DNA of 64,000 nucleotides from Hydrolagus colliei. Taxonomy: Eukaryota. A program made the position numbers and the translations under genes. The notes below the pieces were generated by a model. It searched no databases and was not told the DNA's origin. It saw only the letters and a list, made by a program, of their open reading frames with translations. Of the stretch, positions 55,497 through 64,000 are shown in pieces. Position 1 is the first letter of the stretch; each line of letters opens with the position of its first letter. Where the stretch lies: positions 3,038,001-3,102,000 of the forward strand of contig CM068750.1 of NCBI GenBank assembly GCA_035084275.1, written 5' to 3'.

Positions 55497-56087
55497 GTGA
55501 GGATTTGAACCGTGCGGCTCTGCTTCTGCGTGAGCTCAGCCCGAGCCTCGCGCTTTCCCTCCGCCCCGGGTGGGTGATTTACTGAGCGGCTGCTGGGAAA
55601 CGCGCTGAAGCGGCAATGGCGCCGGGCCTGGTTCCTCCCTCCCGGGCTAGGCCTAGCCGAGCAGGCCCGCGGCCCGGGGGGGGGGGGGGGGGGGGGGCGA
55701 GGAGAGGCAGTGCCTACCGGAGGGCCCCGGCGCCTGTGGACTTTGGCAGTTTCAGAGCCCGCTGATGGCGACAGTTTGGAAGTGTTTGGTCTCGGGCTGA
55801 CCGGATGGAGAGTGGCTGGTGCTCAGGCGGCCGCGAGGATAAACTCACCGCGTGGCTCCTCCGGGGGCCTGACCTCAGCTAAACTGCCCCGGCCTGGACA
55901 CGGCGTCAACACCGGGGCCCGGGGCGAGGGGAGGGAGGCCCTGTCGATTTACACAATGGCCATATGGCGACTTTAGTGATGGAGAGAGTGGGAGAGAGAG
56001 CAGTGACCGAGGGGGTATTTATTTGCTCGTGGTTAGAAAGAAAACCCGAATGATGAAAGTTCCCTTCATTTGGTTAGGGTTCCCCCC

Positions 56088-56118
<31 letters not shown>

Positions 56119-56506
56119 ACACACACGCTTTCGACCCAATCTAATCGTGACAGAAGCCACTTTTGGTTTTATTCCCCCCAATCTGCATTATTTGCTTAGA
56201 TTCGCTTTTCAATTAATTTCTCTTTATTATTTACTTTATATTTGGTTTATATTTTTATTTATTATTTACTTTATACCCACTTTGCCGTATATTTGTGGAG
56301 ATCCTGTAGCTCAGTGGCTAGAGCACTCTCCTTACATATATTTTTTTAACCATCTTCGCACCAATAATTGTTGCATCACGATGGAGCAATACATTTTACA
56401 CCCCCCGACTATTAGCATCTAACTAATATTGAACCAGATTAGGATGTTTCGATTACATTGTAGTCCAGAGATATAAATGTTTTGGTTTTGCCCCCACAGA
56501 ATCATC

Positions 56507-59115
56507 ATGCAGCTTTTTCTACGTGCTCAAAACCTTCATTCCCTTGATGTCACAGGGAAGGAGACAGTCAGTGAAATTAAGGTACGGATAAATACCGGTT
56601 AGTAGCTGCGACTGATTAGAAATCATCTAGGAAGTTGAGGAAACAAATTTAGAATTGGCATATTCCTGTACCATGGAACATCTTAAATATATTTTTATTT
56701 TAAAGCATTGTTTGGATGCATTTGAAAGATTCTCTTGTCAACAATACCAATACTATATAAATGTCACTGATGGAGGGTTAGGTTTCAGTATTATCTTCTC
56801 AAAACTGTCTTGCTGTAAGAAAATGTAAGGTCTATTATTCCAGCATTCTTTTTATGTATTTTATTTTGTAACCAAAAAAAAATCTGCTTTACCCAAATTT
56901 GGCTTTGGGGGTGAATATCATCTGACATAAACGATGCAATAGTTCATTTAGTTCTTTCAGTTTGCCAGAATTTATAATGATGCTGGTTTCTGGATTATGC
57001 TTTCTGAATTCAACATTGTTGACAGTATTTTGGTACATCCTAGAATTTTAGGTACTGATGATAAGCGTATGTTTTCTTCCAGGCTCATGTTGAAACATTA
57101 GAAGGGCTTGCTGCCAGTGACCAGGTCCTCCTGTTGGCTGGCACTCCCCTGGAAGATGATGCCGTTATTGGCCAATGCGGTGTCAGTGAGCATTGCACTC
57201 TCGAAGTTGCAGCTCGAATGATTGGTGGTAAGTATTAGGGACTCGGTGGACTTTTCTTCTGTTGTCATTCTGATCTCACACAAGCTTTAGGGGGTGGACT
57301 TTGCAATTCCCAAATCAACCAACACATTCTGAATGTGATTATTTGGGATGTGTGAGGGTTTACTTTCCCTGCTTTGTAGCAATTCTGTCTACAGTATAAC
57401 TCGCATAAGTCATCTCTCTTCATCACCTAAGCCCATTCAAGTATCCAACCATAAAATATTCAGGCTCCTACCATAAAATACTTACAATAAACGACAACAA
57501 AATTACATTTTTAAAGTGCCTTTCACGTCGGGAGGACGTCCCAAGGCGCTGGAATTTCCTTGCACACGTTGTATCTTATCAATCAAATAACTGACTGATC
57601 ATGTTTTCTTGGTCCCAAAAGCTGTATGTTCTAATTCCTATGAAAATCATCTCATAACTTGTAATGCTGCACTTACCAGCTACATTGAAGTACCTACGTT
57701 ATGCGCATAGTGTGTATGTTAGTGACAAGGACAATTGTGTCTTTAGTTTCTGATGAAGCAGGTGCTGACTGTTCAAGTGATGAGGCGGAGAGCTCCGACA
57801 CTGGGGATTCCACACCCTCACTGCCGACTGTTGGGGAAGCCTATCATGCTCTGGATATTATTCGGCGATTCTTAATGACTGTGGATAACCCTGTAGATGA
57901 GATTCTGGAATTGGCCAACAAATTTGAAGCTATTTTAATGAGTCAGGTTGCACAACAAGTGAAGCGGAAAACGAATCGCTGAATACTTTCAGGCAGTAAA
58001 TTGGGGGTTGATGTCTGATTTACGGTTTCCTTCAAAAGTGATTTATAATTCAGTTCCAGTGTTAATAGTTTTTTGTAAGCGTTTATGTTCTATTAAAACA
58101 GTTCTATTTTGAAACCTGTTTGCAAGTGCCATTCATTGTACATGTTCTCTGCACATGAAGTACAGTACTGTGCAGAAAGAATGGGCTACCATAGTTTTAA
58201 TACGAATAGGAACATAGACAGAAACTTTGCCTTAATATCACCAGCCAAACTTGCATTGTGGGATTTAAATAATGTACTGTGGATTATTAATCCCAGGAGG
58301 AACATTATTGCATTATTTTACAATACCACTGTATTTTTAAATTTTTGCCGTCTGAGGCATTTCGAGACAAACATAATTATGTACTTGTTATACATTTATG
58401 TGTTAAGTTAAAAATTCTGGCATAAATATTATTTGATACGGCTTATGCGTTTGCCTGCACTCGTGCTAAATGTTATGGTCCCAACTGATATGGAAGTTTC
58501 ACTATTTACTGTCTCTTAGACAGGACTATTTTAGTGCTACTGTCAAATAATGGCTCTAACGGATTTTTTTTAAATAGAAAAAAAAGTTGCATGACTAAGA
58601 ATTTGAAAAGCAAAGACAAGAAAGTTGTGGTGGGGAGTTTTACATTCTCCCCGTTATAACAATTCATTCCTGAAGAAATCTGCAATAAACTGCTGCACTT
58701 TTTCCCCTTTCATTAGGTAAGGTGCATGGATCTCTTGCTCGTGCTGGAAAAGTAAAGGGTCAGACCCCAAAGGTGAGTGTTCATTCTGAATGGTCATCCT
58801 CTAGATACGATTGGAATATAGAGCCAGGATATTCTCTGTGCGCGGTTTGTGTTTTGTCTATTCTGGGTGCATTCGTGCTTTTTTATTCAATAAAAGTCTT
58901 TCGCATTGTTGTATTAGTTTGGAATCCATCCTATTTCTGGAAATGTGTCCCGGATAAGTTTTATTAATTCTTGTACAAATATTACACAGGTGGCAAAACA
59001 AGAGAAGAAGAAAAAGAGGACTGGCCGAGCAAAGCGACGCATGCAGTACAATCGCCGATTTGTGAATGTTGCTCCCAGCTTCGGCAAGAAGAAGGGACCA
59101 AATTCAAACTCTTAA
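56507..59115 (+). CDS. FAU: FUBI-eS30 fusion protein (133 aa); exons 56507-56581, 57083-57227, 58717-58772, 58990-59115
   Basis: [33 protein letters not shown]...[10 protein letters not shown]|[42 protein letters not shown]. Exons 75+145+56+126 = 402 nt. AATAAA at 59286. Confidence 0.96.
57392..58512 (+). mobile_element. Degenerate Tigger/pogo-like DNA transposon in FAU intron 3 (3' limit uncertain)
   Basis: Starts TA|CAGTATAACTCG. Segment 57740-57990 encodes an acidic tract, [17 protein letters not shown], and a frameshifted KRKT-IAEYF, typical of pogo transposase C-termini. Confidence 0.55.
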
Positions 59116-60020
59116 ACGCATTTTGACTTGGTTTCCTTTAAGAAGGAAATTAACCTGATTCGTTTCAATAATTAATTCTAATTCTGTATTTGGGAGTTAA
59201 GGCATGTTTGGCTTTTCAGTACTATGGATTTCCAGATGGGTCAGTTCACTGATATGTTTCATATGAAAATTCTGTAATGATGGCTAATAAAATGCATTTC
59301 GCTCACTTTGCTTTCACCACTTTGTTCAACAATTGACACTGATTTTCAGGCCACTAGATGTGGAAATAAATCTCGACTTGTGTATTTTCACAACGGAAAC
59401 GCACAAAACGGGAGGTTCAGGAAATATCTTGTTTCTCTGACCTATGGTCAGAATAGAAACTATTTTTATAACATTTTTATTTTGCTAAATTGTTTGTGTC
59501 ATAGATCTTTCTCATTCTATGAATGCAGAATATAGAGCTAGGTGGGAACAAAAAAAAATACTGTGTTTGGTTGCAGGAATAGAGCTAAAACCTGAGAGCG
59601 AGTGCCATATAGTGGAGCAAATGTCTCCATTCAAGGAACAATGGGATTCATAAACGTGCAGCAAGGTGGGCAGAGTGGAAATATATCTTGTTAAAACTAC
59701 ACTTGGTTTATAGATCACAACATATGTATTTAAAATTAACACTAAAACAAAAGGCAGGTTCTTGTGCTTAATTTTTTTAAATACGTTTATTAAAGCTTCT
59801 TGACTGGCGTAAGAATTAAACTGAGTACAAGTGAAGAATTATCTGACTTCTCCCGCATTGCAATGGTGTGATCAGCTGTAGCCACTGAAATGAAGAGTTG
59901 CTGAACAAGGTTTTAAAACAATTATAATTTTCAAACCAAATTTGTCCATAAATTGTATGGTGCTTGCATTATTGCAAACTCAGCGCTTCATAGGATAATT
60001 GTCAAGAAGCCAAATGTCTG

Positions 60021-63000
60021 TTAATCGATATCCACCAGTTCAACTTCAAAAATAAGTTTAGCGTTTGGTGGGATTCTGTTTGAAACAGTTAAGGAAAATC
60101 AGTTTGTGGTGAAATCTTAAAGCTGTTAAACAGCAGTAAAGCCATTTTGAGATAATTTAAAAGAATGCACTTTTCTGAAATCAATGGCAGAGATTTATAA
60201 TGTTTAGATGGTCAGAGTGACATCTTCAAACCCAGTAAATAAGCAGTTATTCTCAGGTCTGTCTGAAAACCACTCCTCTGCATACAATCTTTATTACCAC
60301 AGGATTGCCCATTACCACAATCCCTAAACACCATTCCTTCGAAAGTTTCAAAATCCTAACGTCAGAACAATAGACAGCTGAGTTCAACCCTCGACTTCTC
60401 CCATCTTTTGAGGGTGTGTTTTTTTGGAGTCAGCCAGAGGATGGTTTTCATCCAGCTGTTTGCTGCTCTCTGATTGGTGTGGCCAAGCAAACTCTACAAT
60501 CCTTACTGTTCCTCTTGCAGCACCTTGGGATGTACTCCCAAAGTGAAAGGTGCTGTGTAAATGCACAGGATCAATTAAAGAGTAGTGAGTACTGTACAGT
60601 GCACTGGACCCACCCGCTAACACTCTGCCAACTAGGTTTGAGTTCTTAAGCTGCAAACGTTCCTCACCGACCATGTGGGTTTTTTTTTACCAGGCGGTCA
60701 CTTGAAAAGGATACTTAGCGTCCGGTTGGCCTTTCTTGCCGTAGGCCCACTCCGAATCTATCTGTAGAGAGGCCTTCTCCCCTTTTGTCATTGTCAGGAG
60801 GGCTTCATCCCACTGCGCACAGAAGAAAGTCTGCAGTTAAGAGTCGGACGGCGAACGAGAGACAAGCCCGATCACTTGTCACAATGTCAATGTCACTATA
60901 CAAGTGTAATGTTGTTGACAAAACACAATGTCAACAACATTACACTTGTATAGTGCCTTTCACGTCAGGAAGACATCCCAAGGCACTGGACAATCACTGG
61001 GGAAGGGAGGGGGGGGGGGGGGAGATGAAGAGTTGCAAGACGGTTTGCCTCAAGACAATCACTGCTGTGCAGAGATAGCTCTATGCTCTTACCCCACGGA
61101 TAACTTTTCCAACTCCTACTTTAAAGCTCAAAGGTTTTGTTGCTTTTTTCTTTTTTGTGCCTGAAAAAGGAATATAATCCTGAATAATAATGATTGAAAA
61201 GCCCCCGGTAACCCCCTTTACAAGCATACTTCAGAATATATTATCTTATAGCGCAATTAAAAAACAATCTTCAACAACAACATTGTTAATCATTGGATTG
61301 TGCCCACGCTAGTTTACATAACATTTCTAATTCACTGAATAAATCCCTAGCTGAAGCGATTAGAAGAGACAGCATATTTTCCCACTGGTCCAGAAACACT
61401 AAATACATTAGAAGGAACGTCATCAAGAGACAACCCAGAATATGAGTGAAACAGACATGACAATTTAACACTATTTTGTCTTAAAAATACAATGCGAATT
61501 CCTTGAGGGCCTATTAGCTAATACATGCGGCAAGAAATTACACAGACCCAAGATTTTCTAAGTTCAAATACCCAGTGTAAGGTCATCTCCAAGCAGGAAA
61601 AGCCTTGCAATTATGTAAAGCGAAAGAGTTCTCACTCCAGATCACTACCCAGTGCCTGCTACTATAGGCAGGAATTTACATATTAAATCAGAAATGTAGA
61701 GCTTGGCTTTGATTCAATTTGTCCCCACCACCCACTGAATCGAACCACCCATCCACTGCGTTAAGCTTCATACACAAAAATGGCCACTTAAAGACAAGAC
61801 ACCCAAATGATCCAAGGCGCTTAGAAATATTCTCACAAGGATTGAACACTTTCAGGAGAATGGCCTCTTAATTTGAATATAAAATGCTACACCACACGAA
61901 GAACACCAGGTACCTTGGGTCTTTGAGGAATACAAAAAAATATGTGAGCGAGCGTTCATAGTAACTCATCACATTGAAATATCTCGAAGCACATCACAGA
62001 TAATTATTATCGAATATGGTGACTGTTTTTCATAGGTGAGCACAGAAATCATTCGCATCAGGCGAGGTCCCACAAGCGGTCAATGAATGACTAGGACTAA
62101 GAGAAACCCTTTAAACCTAACAAGTTGAATTGAGTTTCGAAATGCAAAAATATTCTATATAAATTAATTTGGATCCTTCACTATTAACAATTATAAAACA
62201 TTTCTGAATTGTATGATCCTTACTAGTAGTAATATTTGTATCGAAAACCGTTCCATCTTCTAACGTTCCCGTGTACCAACAGTGGACAGTGTCTCCCTTC
62301 TTGGGAAAGTTGACCCGGTCTCCTTTTTTCAACACATTTTTGGTATATTTTGGTGGGCCCTAGAATTAATAAAGTAGGATTCAAACTATAGTGGTAACAC
62401 AGTCAATCAATAATTTGACAAACAATATGTTCAATAAAAGTTTAAACAGTTGATTTATTTCACATCGTATACCATCACTATTTTAATAAATGCCAACGGT
62501 TGTCAGGAAATAAAGAATAAGATTTTTAAAAAACAAAATCTGGAACGTAGGCCCTCAATTCAACTTTAAAAATAGCAATCGACTGAAAAGCAACTGTATG
62601 CCGTGAATTTGACCCATTTGGCCAACCAAAAACAATAACAAAATAATTACATTTGTTTAGCACCTTCCAAGTTGGGAGGATATCCCAAGGCACTGGACAG
62701 TAAGTGTTTCTAATTTTTTTAAAATATATCGTTTCTAATTTTAAAACTTATTTTATTCCCAAACCTCTGGAATGATTTCTTCAGGCTTCTTATTCTTTGA
62801 TTTGCCTTCTGCTGTACCAATATTCACATCCTTAAGCTGCTGTGTGACTTCTTCGGTACCTTTAAACCTCTGGAATAGAGGTTAAAAAATTTAAAAAATA
62901 TATATTTAAATCTCCCCACAAAGAATAATTAACAATCAATGGGAAACAACTTGCTTATTGATGCTGTCTTACACAAATACTGTTCAGTATTCTAGTGAAC

Positions 63001-63617
63001 AACAGTGAAATCTGGTTTAACTGTAAATTTGTATAAACACCATTGAATCATCAGTACACCCCAAGTTGCACCTATTAAATGTTTGTTTACCTTGTCAAAC
63101 TTTCACCTTAAAATGGTACATTGCTGACAATTTATTTCCATAAACAAAACATCTATTCAATTTGAGATTTGGGGAGGAATATAACAATTCTAATCCTTGC
63201 ATTTGACGTTTCAAAGTGCTTCACAGAATATACTGTAAGGTAAATTTTATACAGTATATGGGTGAAATGCGGCAGCCAATTTACGCAAAGCAGTGTCCCA
63301 CAAACAGTCCTGGATTGAAATGACCAATTTTTTTTAAAAAATTATTTTGTGAGGATTATTAGGCATTTGAATTCTATGGGGATCTCACCATCCAACGTAC
63401 TGTTATTAGAATTCTTATCCAAGCCATTCGAGTGGAATGAAGCCTCAATATTTAAACTGCATTTGCAATGTTATGTTATTGGTTTAAAAGACCACACAGC
63501 TTTTTTCTGCCTTACCTTGCTTTCAAACAGTTGATTGTAGGCAATAACTAGCTGCTCCTTCTTTGCTGTCTTGGCTACATTTTTGATATTTCCCATCAAT
63601 TTATGTTCAGAAAGAAA
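60021..63617 (-). CDS. FKBP3: FKBP25 peptidyl-prolyl isomerase, exons 2-7 (exon 1 beyond the window); 63617-63516, 62869-62765, 62359-62224, 61160-61093, 60812-60715, 60075-60021
   Basis: [91 protein letters not shown]. Minus-strand poly(A) signal at 59786-59791. Confidence 0.96.
60076..60714 (-). other. FKBP3: U12-type (minor spliceosome) GT-AG intron of FKBP3
   Basis: Donor GTATCCTTTT. Branch site TTTTCCTTAAC (60098-60088), about 13 nt from the AG, with no polypyrimidine tract. Confidence 0.93.
63188..63365 (-). mobile_element. Deu-type SINE, 3' part
   Basis: aatccttgcatttgac...cttcacagaatatactg...gcagtgtcccacaaacagtc. Confidence 0.8.
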
Positions 63618-63867
63618 CTATTTTTTTGTCCAGAAACAAAGAAAAAGTTAGACAGTTGTGCACCGCTGAGGAATATTCATATCCTAGCGATGAATGCAAT
63701 GAGCAATTCTCTCCGTTATGCAGCTTTTATGGTGCCTCCCATGAAAAGTTTCCAATACTGTACTCTGAATATGAAAAGATATTAAAACACCATTGAATGA
63801 TTATTTTGAAATAATAAAAGTATTAGCACAGATATTCATTTTGCGCTTCCAAATTCTGTTTGCACCA

Positions 63868-63952
63868 GTGATTGATTGATTGATTGAATCATTAAAGAAT
63901 ATTAAGAAATTGATTGATTGACTGGTTGATTGATTGGTTGATTCATTCATTC
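63868..63952. repeat. Imperfect (GATT)n / (CATT)n microsatellite
   Basis: Read directly from the sequence. Confidence 0.85.
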
Positions 63953-64000
63953 AAGAACATTAAGAATTTTCCAGGTAAAATGGAAGAAGAGAGGGGGGAG

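Noticed and set aside
18672-56126. Many poly-G/poly-C runs of 10 nt or more near promoters
   Set aside because: Simple homopolymers with unreliable lengths; a G-quadruplex function cannot be supported from sequence alone.

Overview
Vertebrate genomic DNA, most likely from a cartilaginous fish such as a chimaera (inferred from the Deu-type tRNA-SINE, CR1 and L2 repeat content). It carries six intron-containing genes in the order C14orf28(+), KLHL28(-), TOGARAM1/FAM179B(+), PRPF39(+), FAU(+), FKBP3(-, exon 1 lies beyond the window). This is the human 14q21 block, with an intact FAU between PRPF39 and FKBP3. I built exon chains by hand from splice signals and phase, and all close in frame. Best leads: (1) C14orf28 has the motif layout of an intact USP-fold Cys-His-Asp peptidase; (2) its start codon appears split across an intron (AT|G) behind an in-frame uORF; (3) FAU sits at a probable ohnologous position and encodes an unusually divergent eS30; (4) two PRPF39 introns carry poison-exon or U1-decoy features, and another holds a C/D snoRNA candidate; (5) a TOGARAM1 exon appears to have lost its 5' part to the intron; (6) the KLHL28/TOGARAM1 bidirectional promoter has a duplicated RFX+ZNF143 module; (7) FKBP3 has a U12-type intron. 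All comparisons to human genes are from memory, not from a search.
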